Source of the DNA: an uncultured virus (IMG/VR IMGVR_UViG_3300017642_000062) | Lineage: Duplodnaviria; Heunggongvirae; Uroviricota; Caudoviricetes | Length of the DNA stretch: 20,000 bases | Virus record (IMG/VR): IMGVR_UViG_3300017642_000062 | Reading direction: 5' to 3' (one strand) | In this document: one piece after another, positions 1-8,107 of the stretch | Position numbering within the stretch: the stretch's first letter is position 1 | Layout: every line of letters starts with the position of its first letter | Position numbers and translations under genes: made by a program | The notes under the pieces: generated by a model | Told to the model about the DNA's origin: nothing | What the model saw: the letters and a program-made list of their open reading frames with translations, nothing else | The model's database searches: none

Positions 1-36
1 ATTGCAACCGCAGCGAGGGCAAACGCGGTAATACAT
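1..36 (-). CDS. Small CxxC zinc-finger-like phage peptide (partial, runs off window)
   Basis: ATG at 36 overlaps the upstream stop (TAATG), GGAGGTG RBS at 42-48; reads MYYRVCPRCGCN... Confidence 0.6.
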   Translation of the reverse strand, partial: MYYRVCPRCGCN

Positions 37-407
37 TACGCACCTCCCTGCGAGAAGACCTTGTTGGCAAGATTTGCAATGGCAGCGCGGAGACGCTCTG
101 CTTCGTTGTCCTCCAGTCCAACAATGTCCGGCTCTCCGTTGCGGTACCCATCTTTCATGATGACAATGGTTCCTACAATGGGCTGCTGGTGAATATGAGT
201 GCCGTACAAATAACTTCCGATCGGGTTGAGTGGGAGACCCTTCAGGAGCCCCTCTTCGTTGACAATCATGCAGTACGGATCTTGAAGGAACACCGGGTTC
301 ACGTGCTCAATGTACCCACCGACGACTTCACCGACAGTCTTAAACAGCGGTTCTCCGAAGTCTTGAATTGACATTGCTTTTTCTGCGGTTATAACGACTC
401 CTTTCAT
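36..407 (-). CDS. DUF3846-like phage protein
   Basis: Motifs VGGYIE, IVNEEGLLKGLPLN and IVGTIV; AAGGAG RBS upstream. Confidence 0.8.
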   Translation of the reverse strand: MKGVVITAEKAMSIQDFGEPLFKTVGEVVGGYIEHVNPVFLQDPYCMIVNEEGLLKGLPLNPIGSYLYGTHIHQQPIVGTIVIMKDGYRNGEPDIVGLEDNEAERLRAAIANLANKVFSQGGA

Positions 408-430
408 TTTGCTTGCTCCTTTCTTGGTGC

Positions 431-616
431 TTACACACCGTAATTTCCGAGAATTTCAGCCTTGATGTCCGCAGGAAGAAGTTTGATTTGCTCTTTTAGT
501 GCCGCCTCGTATCGGTACTCGAACACTGTCAATATCCGAGTTCCGCGGATTACCGCCCATCCGTTCGGATGCCGCACGACTTCAAGGCTTTCGGATTCTA
601 TGTATGCAGTCCCCAT
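431..616 (-). CDS. Hypothetical phage early protein
   Basis: GGAG RBS, co-oriented with the early operon. Confidence 0.6.
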   Translation of the reverse strand: MGTAYIESESLEVVRHPNGWAVIRGTRILTVFEYRYEAALKEQIKLLPADIKAEILGNYGV

Positions 617-636
617 TGGTTCGCTCCGTTGCTTTG

Positions 637-834
637 TTATTTGCTGTTGTAGCAGCTTTCTGGTTTTCCACCTGCAGCCGCTTTTCTGGCAAACCGCGCC
701 GCCGTCTTTGCGTCTAAGGCTTCACGGCCTCCGGGAGTAGCCAGAATAGTTTTAAGGAGTTTAATCGTCCCTTCGGAAAGTCTGTCTATTGCTGGCTGCG
801 GTATCTTGCCGATGTCTATGTAGGTCGTGTCCAT
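637..834 (-). CDS. Hypothetical phage early protein
   Basis: AAAGGAGG RBS directly upstream; follows the cro-like gene. Confidence 0.7.
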   Translation of the reverse strand: MDTTYIDIGKIPQPAIDRLSEGTIKLLKTILATPGGREALDAKTAARFARKAAAGGKPESCYNSK

Positions 835-853
835 GCCTGCCTCCTTTCACGGT

Positions 854-1218
854 GTTTAACCGGTTACACACCATCGGCAAAAAAAATCTTGTCCACCGTG
901 GTGTTCAAGGCCTGCGCAAGTTTGACCAGCGTTTTGGTCGAAACAGCTCTATTTGTGCCGTTTTCAAGGGCAGATACTGTGCCTCGACTAACGCCGCTTT
1001 TCTCGCAGAGCTCCTCCTGGGACATTTTGAGGGAGACTCTGATTTCTTTAATTCTGTATCCCATGTAAGCTACCTCCTTTCAAAGTGTTTAATCGGCTGC
1101 ACAGTCACATAGTACACCTCAAATTTCAGCGTGTCAAGAGGATTGAACAAATTGTGTTCAATTTATTTCACAAATACAATTGACATTGCAATAGATGGGA
1201 ATGTATAATGAATTGAAC
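854..1218. promoter_or_regulatory. Lysis/lysogeny switch: divergent sigma-A promoters and five 16-bp operator-like sites
   Basis: Leftward TTGACA(1137-1132)-17-TACTAT(1114-1109); rightward TTGACA(1180-1185)-18-TATAAT(1204-1209); imperfect palindromes of the form GTnnAA-N4-TTnnAC at 854, 1087, 1133, 1156 and 1203. Confidence 0.75.
864..1064 (-). CDS. Cro-like XRE/HTH_3 regulator
   Basis: IKEIR..LKMSQEELCEKSGVSRGTVSALENG HTH signature; AAGGAGGT RBS; divergent from the repressor. Confidence 0.9.
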   Translation of the reverse strand: MGYRIKEIRVSLKMSQEELCEKSGVSRGTVSALENGTNRAVSTKTLVKLAQALNTTVDKIFFADGV

Positions 1219-1238
1219 ATAGCGAGGAGGAATTCAGC

Positions 1239-1637
1239 ATGGATTTGCGAAGTTTTTTAATTAAATACAGGTCTGAGCATGGCCTTTCGCAGCGCCAATT
1301 TTCTGAAGCGTGTGGCATGTCAAATGGATATATATCAATGATTGAACGCGGCAAGAATCCAAAGACACAGCTGCCCGTAACTCCGACACTTACAGCGTTA
1401 AAGAAAATTGCCTCAGGTATGGGAATGACTCTGTCTTCACTGCTCACAGAGGTTGATGACATGGAGGTTAATCTAACCGGAGATTCGTCAAAGAAAAAGA
1501 CCGCCCTCAACAAAGAGAGCGGTCTGATGGATGGTACCGATTCTGAAATTGTGAGCATTATTTTGTCTCTATCTCAGGATAAAAAGGCAGAGGCACTTCG
1601 TTATCTTCGCTATCTTGCAAAGAGCGAAGATATGTAA
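1239..1637 (+). CDS. CI-like XRE repressor without an S24 peptidase domain
   Basis: N-terminal HTH (LSQRQFSEACGMSNGYISMIERG), short helical C-terminus, GAGGAGG RBS. Confidence 0.9.
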   Translation: MDLRSFLIKYRSEHGLSQRQFSEACGMSNGYISMIERGKNPKTQLPVTPTLTALKKIASGMGMTLSSLLTEVDDMEVNLTGDSSKKKTALNKESGLMDGTDSEIVSIILSLSQDKKAEALRYLRYLAKSEDM

Positions 1638-1713
1638 ATAGCGCACACTTGCTGTCCGCCGGCACATCTTCGAGAAGGCGCAGTAGTTCCAGGACTTTCT
1701 TGCTTGATGCCAT
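1558..1713 (-). CDS. Unannotated 51-aa antisense peptide, candidate SinI-like antirepressor
   Basis: AGAAAGGAG RBS (1730-1722), ATG at 1713; MASSKKVLELLRLLEDVPADSKCALFTYLRSLQDSEDNEVPLPFYPEIETK*; TGG-TACACT extended -10 near 1754-1762. Confidence 0.6.
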   Translation of the reverse strand: MASSKKVLELLRLLEDVPADSKCALFTYLRSLQDSEDNEVPLPFYPEIETK

Positions 1714-1866
1714 ATTCGCCGCTCCTTTCTTTTATTCTGCCGGCAGTGTAGTTAGTGTACCACGGTTTGGTATTTATTGCAGAGAAAAGATAATTAATAA
1801 CTTTCGACTGACTTCGACCAGTGATATCCTGTATGTGTGGATTTTATGTTGTTGGGGAGGATTTGT

Positions 1867-2505
1867 ATGAAAAGGGGTTTACTTGTTTCCCTCATCGTTG
1901 CATTGCTTGTTTTTGCTACTTCATGCGGAAGTAATAGCAATTCGATAAATAGCTCAACCGACGAAGACGGTAATCTTGTTCTTGATAGCGACGGGAGAAG
2001 GACCGTAATGATAAATTCTCTACCGCATGATATGCCATATAACGATTTAAGCATATCATTGGAAAGCGTAGAAGTGTATGAGAACGAGGTGAATTATTCT
2101 CACACGCTATTCATTGTCACAACAATTGGAGTATCTGGACTTGATGAAGAATCATTACATTGGCTTATGGAGAGCGATCTAAATGTTTCGGCGTACATAA
2201 CTTGTGCGGATAATGATTACGATTTTAACTCAGCAACAAAGCTTGGGTCGCTGCTCCTCTCTGATGGAAATCTTATTTTTGTAAGCACGTCCGTCTTTGG
2301 CAAGGAAAATCGACACAGTTTCGCCGGGTCTGAAATATGCGTTTCCGTATCAATCAATCAAGAGGGAGAAAACGCTAAAGAAGAATGCGCGCAATACTCT
2401 TACTCGGCTCCTGATTTAATTCCAGACGCTGATGAAATTCAGCAGCCATTAAATGAGCATATAGCCGACTGGCTATACGAAAGAGCGGATTCGCTAAAAC
2501 CATAG
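1867..2505 (+). CDS. Prophage lipoprotein (possible superinfection-exclusion or host-surface protein)
   Basis: GGGAGG RBS before ATG 1867; MKR, hydrophobic stretch and lipobox-like ATSC; sits between repressor and integrase. Confidence 0.75.
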   Translation: MKRGLLVSLIVALLVFATSCGSNSNSINSSTDEDGNLVLDSDGRRTVMINSLPHDMPYNDLSISLESVEVYENEVNYSHTLFIVTTIGVSGLDEESLHWLMESDLNVSAYITCADNDYDFNSATKLGSLLLSDGNLIFVSTSVFGKENRHSFAGSEICVSVSINQEGENAKEECAQYSYSAPDLIPDADEIQQPLNEHIADWLYERADSLKP

Positions 2506-2528
2506 ATTTTTGAATTGAGGTGACGCCG

Positions 2529-4487
2529 TTGGCAAAAAAGAAATCGCTGCCGAGTATCCAAGTGGAGGCGGACGGCGTTGAGTATGCGCGATATAGTAGC
2601 CACGCCCAAAAGGATGCCAGCATTGAGCAGCAGATAGAGAAGTGTGATGAATTCGCATCTATAAATAAAATCCATATCATTGAGAGATATAAGGACAGGG
2701 CAATTACCGGAAAGACTGATCGGCGCGCCGACTTCCAGCGGATGATGCACGATGCAGAAAAAGGGAAATTCAAATATGTCATAGCATGGAAATCAAATAG
2801 AATGGGTCGCAATATGCTGGAAGCGATGTTGAACGAGGCGAAGCTTCAAGACCTGGGAATCCGGGTTCTGTATGTTGAGGAGGACTTCGACGATACCGCA
2901 GCCGGGAGGTTTGCGCTCCGGTCCATGATGAATGTCAACCAGTTTTATAGCGAGAATATGGCGGAAGATATCAAGCGAGGGCTGTACGACAATGCCGCAA
3001 ACTGCAAAGTTACCAACGGGCATCTTCCGTATGGCTACAAAGCGGACGAAGATTTGAAGTATACGCTGGATGATTCAAGGGCCGCTGTCGTTCGGGAGAT
3101 ATTTACACGCGTCTCTTGTGGAGAAGCCATTGTTGATATCTATACAGATCTTAATTTGAGAGGGCTTACAACCTCTCTCGGAAACCAGTGGGGGAGGAGC
3201 AGCTTCAACAAGCTGTTGTCGAATGAGCGGTATCTGGGTATATATATTTACGGAGACGTCAGAATTGATGGCGGGATTCCTCGAATTGTTAGCGATGAAT
3301 TGTTTTACAAGGTGCAGGAGGTGTTGAAAACGAAGAAGAACGCCAGAGGGCGTCATCGTAATGATGCGGCCGATTATCTGCTTACCGGGAAATTGTATTG
3401 TGGGCATTGTAAAAGTCCAATGACTGGAATTTCAGGCACAAGCCGGACTGGCGCTTTGCATTACTATTATGTTTGCCAAAAGAAGCGGCAGGAAAAGTCG
3501 TGCGAAAAGAAGAACGTCAAGCGTGATGAAATCGAGTTGCAACTCGCAAGAGCCATAAAGGAATATTGCCTGACCGACGATCTGATTGAGTGGTATGCAG
3601 ACAAAACTGTTGAATATTTCAAACGTCAGTCTGAAACCGACCATATCAAAGATTTGCAGGAAGATCTGGCTAACACGCAGCGCAGCATAAAAAACACCCT
3701 CAAGGCCATTGACGCCGGGATTATCACAGAAAGTACCCGGACTCATCTTATAGAATTGGAGGCAAAACAATCGAGGCTTTCTGGAGCAATCTCTGCCGCA
3801 AAATCCGATGTCGTGCAAGTCGACCGCGAGGATCTAATTAGCAGCATGGAAATGGTGCGGGACGGAGATACCTATGACAAAAAATATCAAGCGCTGCTGT
3901 TCGATACTTTTCTCATACGGGTCTATTTATACGATGACGATCTGGAACTCATATTTAGTTGCCCTGGTGTTAAAAACTCAATAAGAATTCCGTTGGATAT
4001 TTCAGCAGTTGAAAATACAGAAGAAACAGCCACCTCAACGGTTCGTTTAAGCTCAACTTTGAGCCACCATATAAGAACGCTAATATTGATACGGTTAGTA
4101 TCGGTGTTAGCGTTCTTATTTTATGCCCGAAAAGCCTGTATTTACAGGCTTTTTTGTGTTTCTACACTCTATCACTTCTTTCACCTATACGAAAAATGCA
4201 CCCGCCGACCGTGTAAATTTGCCCTTTTTTATACCCTCGCAGAACGATTGCTTGCAAGGGGGTGCAAATTTCGGAGGGGGGTGCATTTTTTCATAGAGGG
4301 GGGTGCAAACGAAAAAAGAGGCCAAGCCTTACAGCTCGACCTCAATCTCTGTGCCGTTCTTAAACTCAAACACCATCCTGCCGTCATGGAAAACCGTAGC
4401 CTTTTCCAGCAATCCAACCCACAGCCTTTCGTTCCAGCTTTCGAGGACGAGGGGCTGTTCTTTTATGGATTCAATGAAAAGCCTTAG
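2529..4487 (+). CDS. Large serine recombinase (prophage integrase); recognisable part ends near 4069 and the remainder is read-through past the att site
   Basis: Catalytic YARYSS motif, recombinase domain, Zn ribbon (LTGKLYCGHC...YYYVC...C), coiled coil; likely TTG start at 2529 after GAGGTG. Confidence 0.9.
   Translation: MAKKKSLPSIQVEADGVEYARYSSHAQKDASIEQQIEKCDEFASINKIHIIERYKDRAITGKTDRRADFQRMMHDAEKGKFKYVIAWKSNRMGRNMLEAMLNEAKLQDLGIRVLYVEEDFDDTAAGRFALRSMMNVNQFYSENMAEDIKRGLYDNAANCKVTNGHLPYGYKADEDLKYTLDDSRAAVVREIFTRVSCGEAIVDIYTDLNLRGLTTSLGNQWGRSSFNKLLSNERYLGIYIYGDVRIDGGIPRIVSDELFYKVQEVLKTKKNARGRHRNDAADYLLTGKLYCGHCKSPMTGISGTSRTGALHYYYVCQKKRQEKSCEKKNVKRDEIELQLARAIKEYCLTDDLIEWYADKTVEYFKRQSETDHIKDLQEDLANTQRSIKNTLKAIDAGIITESTRTHLIELEAKQSRLSGAISAAKSDVVQVDREDLISSMEMVRDGDTYDKKYQALLFDTFLIRVYLYDDDLELIFSCPGVKNSIRIPLDISAVENTEETATSTVRLSSTLSHHIRTLILIRLVSVLAFLFYARKACIYRLFCVSTLYHFFHLYEKCTRRPCKFALFYTLAERLLARGCKFRRGVHFFIEGGANEKRGQALQLDLNLCAVLKLKHHPAVMENRSLFQQSNPQPFVPAFEDEGLFFYGFNEKP
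4040..4069 (+). other. Putative att junction resembling a tRNA 3' end (possibly tRNA-Phe)
   Basis: GGTTCG (T-loop-like) at 4040-4045 and TGAGCCACCA at 4060-4069; coding character collapses immediately afterwards. Confidence 0.6.
4071..4122 (+). terminator. Long hairpin or intrinsic terminator after the att site
   Basis: 22-bp stem ATAAGAACGCTAATATTGATAC / GTATCGGTGTTAGCGTTCTTAT, fully paired as RNA with 3 G:U pairs, followed by a short T run. Confidence 0.7.
4130..4309. repeat. Element-end motifs: a palindrome plus GGGGGTGCA repeats
   Basis: AAAAGCCTGT-ATTT-ACAGGCTTTT at 4130-4153; AG5-6TGCA at about 4257, 4275 and 4297; inverted copy GAAAAATGCACCC at 4191-4203. Confidence 0.7.
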
Positions 4488-5524
4488 TTCACGGTCGCGG
4501 TCTTGTTTCCGTGTCCGCTCGTCGCTCAGTTCGTCCACTCGTTTTGTGGCTTTCTCGTAACGCTTGACCAGCGCATTGTACTTTTTCGTGTATTCCTCTT
4601 GGGACTGCGCCGAAGAAGCGTTTTCCCTTACGCAGGACTTGACCATTTCGGCAACTACTTCGATTTCCTCTGACAGCCGGTCGATTTGCGCATCCAGTGC
4701 CGTGCAGTCCGAAACAGCCAATCGCATGAGCTCACAGTCGCTGATAACTGACTCGCGGCTTGCAATAAGCCGGTCGTAGGCAATCAGGAACTTCTGCTGG
4801 ATGGTCTCCGCATCGAGGTGCGGCGTAGCGCATCGCTGTTCGCCTTTGAATTTACTGTTGCAACGCCATATCACCTTGCGGTAGGTGTCGGTGGAGTGCC
4901 AGACCTTCTGCCCATAGAATCCACCGCAATCGCCGCAGACCAGCTTGGACGAAAACACGCTGTTGCCGCTGTAGGCTCTGCCGAGCGTCTTTCGGCGGGC
5001 AATCTCTGCCTGCACCATGTCCCATTCGACAGGACTGATAATAGCTTCGTGGCTGTGTTCCACATAATACTGCGGCACTTCGCCCTCGTTGGGCTTCATC
5101 TTTTTCATCAAGAAATCGACTGTGAACTTCTTTTGCAGAAGAGCATCACCCTTGTATTTCTCATTGGAGAGCATACTGTTTACCGTGGTCTGGCTCCATT
5201 TCTTTTTGCCGGAAGGTGTCGGAACGCCCTGTGCATCAAGGTATCGGCAAATTCCGGCAGGCGTCTTTCCCTCAAGGAAAAGCGTATAGATGAGCCGTAC
5301 AATGGTGGCTTCCTCCTCGTTGATAACAGGAGTGCCGTCCGCGCCTTTTTCGTAACCGAGGAATTGCTTGTACGGCATACTGACTTTGCCATCAGCAAAA
5401 CGCTTTCGTTGCCCCCATGTGACATTCTCGGAGATTGAGCGGCTTTCTTCCTGCGCAAGGCTGGACATTATCGTGATGAGCAGCTCGCCCTTGCTGTCGA
5501 AGGTGAAAATGTTCTCTTTTTCAA
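4329..5524 (-). pseudogene. Large serine recombinase, 5'-truncated or interrupted (catalytic N-terminus missing)
   Basis: Frame extends upstream of the annotated Met as EKENIFTFDSKGELLITIMSSLAQEESRSISEN (end of resolvase domain), then loses similarity and meets an in-frame TGA at 5531-5529; recombinase domain and Zn ribbon (CGDCG...WRC) intact. Confidence 0.85.
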
Positions 5525-5643
5525 GCAGTCATTGATTGCTACCATATCGTATTGGAAAGTTGAGAAAAGTGCCGTACTGCGGCCTTTTGTTGCTCTCAAA
5601 AGTGTGTATCGTGGCGCTTCGTGACCGACCGTTTAGAAGATTA

Positions 5644-5704
5644 AAACACCAAATAAACACCAAGCTGCAAGGCAATCTGTGCCTGTCATACAGCTTGGTG
5701 TTTT
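5644..5704. repeat. Candidate integrase arm-type sites and/or int terminator
   Basis: AAACACCAA twice in tandem (about 5644 and 5655) plus inverted TTGGTGTTT (5695-5703); AAACACCAAGCTG...CAGCTTGGTGTTT forms a stem. Confidence 0.55.
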
Positions 5705-5737
5705 TCTGTGTGGGAAGGCTTTTCTGTGCTGTGCCTC

Positions 5738-7099
5738 TCATACATCCGCCGTAGCCAGCGCCGTTGAAATGGCGTCGGAGGCTTGCTTCATGGTTTCGGC
5801 AAAGACGTGAGCGTAAATCGTCTCAGTGGTGCGTGTGTCCCTGTGGCCCAGATGCTCGGAAATCACCTTCACCGGCACACCCATGTTTATCAGGAGCGAG
5901 GCGTTTGCGTGGCGCAGGTCGTGGATATGTACATCCGGGAAATCGTGCTTGGCGAGAAGCTGCTTAAATTGCAGGTTGATATAGGATTTTGCCATGTACT
6001 CGCCGTATGACCCGGTGAAAACGGCTCCACGGTCAATCCAGCGTTTTCCTACAGCTTTCCGGCGCTCGTCCTGCCATTCCTTCTGCTCACGCAGGGTCTC
6101 CACCAATTGTGGCGGCAGCGCAATCACGCGGGCGCTGCTCTTGGTCTTGGGCGTGGTGAGCCGGTATTCTCCGTCCAGCCGGTAAAGATTGTACTTGACT
6201 GTAAGCATGGCCCTGTCCAAATCGACTTCATCCCAGTGCAGGGCGGTCAGCTCACCGACACGCATTCCAGTGTATAGGAGCGTTTTTATTACCCTCGGCA
6301 ACTGCGGATTGGTAAACTCATCGAGGAAAGTCATCAGTTCTTTACATTGCTCGGCATCAAGGTAGACGCGCTCCTTTTCCTCTCCGGCAGGCGTGGTGGC
6401 GTTCGTGACCGGATTTTTCAGCAGGAGCTCCTTTTTTACCGCAGTCGAGAAAATAGGTGACAGCGCTGTGCGGATACGCTTTATGGTACCCACGTCCAGA
6501 CTGCCACCTACTTCTTCTACAATAAATATGTCTTTCAACTTTACGCCCAGTGCCTCGGAAATCCTGACGGCAGTTTCCTTCAGGACCGTTTCACCGTTAC
6601 CGAGAGTGCGCAGTGTGTTCATGTTCACGCCGGACTTGCGGGCCAGCGGTCGGCGGGTACCGTACTCCAGCGTGGCAACGTCGCGCAGCTTGTAAGTTTC
6701 CCGTTTGCGACCGTCCCGGTACAACTCGTTGAACAGAGCGTCTATCCTCGCCGTGTTGATGTCCTTCAGCTTCATATTGCCGATATACGGCAGTACATAT
6801 AAGTTCATCAATTCCCGGTTATTTGCATAGGTGGCCGGTTTCAGCTTGTGAACGGCGATCTGCTCGTAATACCATGTCGCCAATTCCGAGAAGCGGATGT
6901 TCTCGTTCATATTCACCATGCCTTCACAGTGCTTCTCAAACTCGTAGGCATAGGCCATCGCCAGCTTGTCCGCTTTGCCCTCGGTCACACCCTCTGGCGG
7001 CGTGAACGTCGTATTTTTGCGTATCTGCTTACCGTATATATCGTAGCCCTGCGACACCATAATTCTGTAGGTGTCGCCTCGTTTCTGTACGCTCGGCAT
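5738..7099 (-). CDS. int: Tyrosine integrase with an internal HTH-like insertion
   Basis: Catalytic motifs TGMRVGE (R), TPKT (K), HDLRH, LGH and IYAH (Y); N-terminal arm-binding-like region; GGAGGG RBS before ATG 7099. Confidence 0.92.
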   Translation of the reverse strand: MPSVQKRGDTYRIMVSQGYDIYGKQIRKNTTFTPPEGVTEGKADKLAMAYAYEFEKHCEGMVNMNENIRFSELATWYYEQIAVHKLKPATYANNRELMNLYVLPYIGNMKLKDINTARIDALFNELYRDGRKRETYKLRDVATLEYGTRRPLARKSGVNMNTLRTLGNGETVLKETAVRISEALGVKLKDIFIVEEVGGSLDVGTIKRIRTALSPIFSTAVKKELLLKNPVTNATTPAGEEKERVYLDAEQCKELMTFLDEFTNPQLPRVIKTLLYTGMRVGELTALHWDEVDLDRAMLTVKYNLYRLDGEYRLTTPKTKSSARVIALPPQLVETLREQKEWQDERRKAVGKRWIDRGAVFTGSYGEYMAKSYINLQFKQLLAKHDFPDVHIHDLRHANASLLINMGVPVKVISEHLGHRDTRTTETIYAHVFAETMKQASDAISTALATADV

Positions 7100-7155
7100 C
7101 TGCCATCCCTCCATTCCGTAGTGGTATGTTCGCTCTGAACCGTGAAGAAGTCAAC

Positions 7156-7767
7156 TCATTCTTCTGGGTCAGGGCGGTTTATTTTTATCGTCCGATCCTC
7201 AATGGCAAGCCCTCGCTTAACAAGCTGCCTGAGAATGAATTCTTCGATATATTTCTGCAAATCCCAGATGAAATAGCCCTCAAGGTCAATGTTCCCCATG
7301 TGGCTGCGGTCTACATTGCCCTCCTCGACGGATTTAATCTGGGACGATTTGAGCGCGGCATCGTCAAGGAAATCGTAAAAATCTCGGTCGGAGAGCAGTT
7401 CGTTAATGGTTTCCATGAGAGTAGGCCCACCCTCGAAGGAAGCGGCGTCCTTTGCTCTTTTGAGCATATCTATTGCCTCCTCGGAGAGGCCCAGTTCCTC
7501 ATGGATGGATTTATTCTCGGAACTGACGCCCGTCAGCAGGTAATCCACAGATACGCCGAAGAACTCCGCTATCTTGACAAGCGTTTCCGGCGTCGGCTGC
7601 GTCTCTCCATTCTTATATAAGCTCACAGTCTGCTGCCGGATGCCGATTGCTTCCGCGAGCTCTTTGAGCGTGGTCTTTGCGTTTGTCTTTGGATGATGGT
7701 CAAGCAGCTCTCTCAACATCTTGGGGAACATCCCGTCATATCCAACTACTTGTAGCGCCATCGCCAT
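7156..7767 (-). CDS. XRE-family master repressor (Stl/ImmR-like position)
   Basis: LKELAEAIGIRQQTVSLYKNGETQP...IAEFFGVSVDYLL HTH_3 signature; AAGGAG RBS. Confidence 0.9.
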   Translation of the reverse strand: MAMALQVVGYDGMFPKMLRELLDHHPKTNAKTTLKELAEAIGIRQQTVSLYKNGETQPTPETLVKIAEFFGVSVDYLLTGVSSENKSIHEELGLSEEAIDMLKRAKDAASFEGGPTLMETINELLSDRDFYDFLDDAALKSSQIKSVEEGNVDRSHMGNIDLEGYFIWDLQKYIEEFILRQLVKRGLAIEDRTIKINRPDPEE

Positions 7768-7778
7768 ATCTCCTTTAA

Positions 7779-7902
7779 CTTTCGTTTTTCTTGAACTTTC
7801 TATTTTGCATTTCGGTTCTATTGATATTTCGCTTTTCCTGTGATATTATCATCATAACAAGCAAAACGAATGTTGTCAAGAGAAAATAAAGGAAAACGAA
7901 AA
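7779..7902. promoter_or_regulatory. Overlapping opposed promoters of the island switch with TTTCGnTTT-like operator repeats
   Basis: Rightward TTGATA(7821)-17-TATTAT(7844) with TGn; leftward TTGACA(7879-7874)-17-TATGAT(7856-7851) with TGn; TTTCGTTTT/AAAACGAA-like motifs recur in both orientations. Confidence 0.65.
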
Positions 7903-7921
7903 AAGATTGGAGGTACCGAGG

Positions 7922-8107
7922 ATGGCAAAGAAACCACTGGATAAAGCGGCGGCGGAGGCCCGGAGGGAATATTTCCGGGCATGGCGCAGGAAGAACGGCG
8001 ACAAGGTCAAGCAGTATAACGCCGACTACTGGCGCAGACAGGCCGAAAAGAAACTCACGGAGGAGGCGGGTACAAATGGAACAGCCAAACATGATGACGG
8101 TGCGTGA
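7922..8107 (+). CDS. Small basic helical protein, first gene of the rightward operon
   Basis: GGAGGT RBS, ATG 7922; ARREYFRAWRRKNGDKVKQYNADYW. Confidence 0.75.
   Translation: MAKKPLDKAAAEARREYFRAWRRKNGDKVKQYNADYWRRQAEKKLTEEAGTNGTAKHDDGA

Larger units (their letters stand above)
1..4069. mobile_element. Prophage end (early genes, lysogeny module, serine integrase); the rest lies left of the window
   Basis: Leftward early genes, divergent cro/cI HTH pair, lipoprotein and large serine recombinase ending at a tRNA-like CCACCA; typical Bacillota temperate phage layout. Confidence 0.8.

Noticed and set aside
1145..1159. Gram-positive SOS (LexA) box
   Set aside because: GAAC-N7-GTTC does not match the GAAC-N4-GTTC spacing; explained by two adjacent operator half-sites
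4040..4069. Intact tRNA gene
   Set aside because: Only T-loop-like and CCA-end fragments; no D or anticodon arm or acceptor pairing; upstream sequence is integrase coding
5529..5754. Two opposing ~70-aa ORFs at the island boundary
   Set aside because: They span att, arm-site and terminator DNA and lack a convincing RBS
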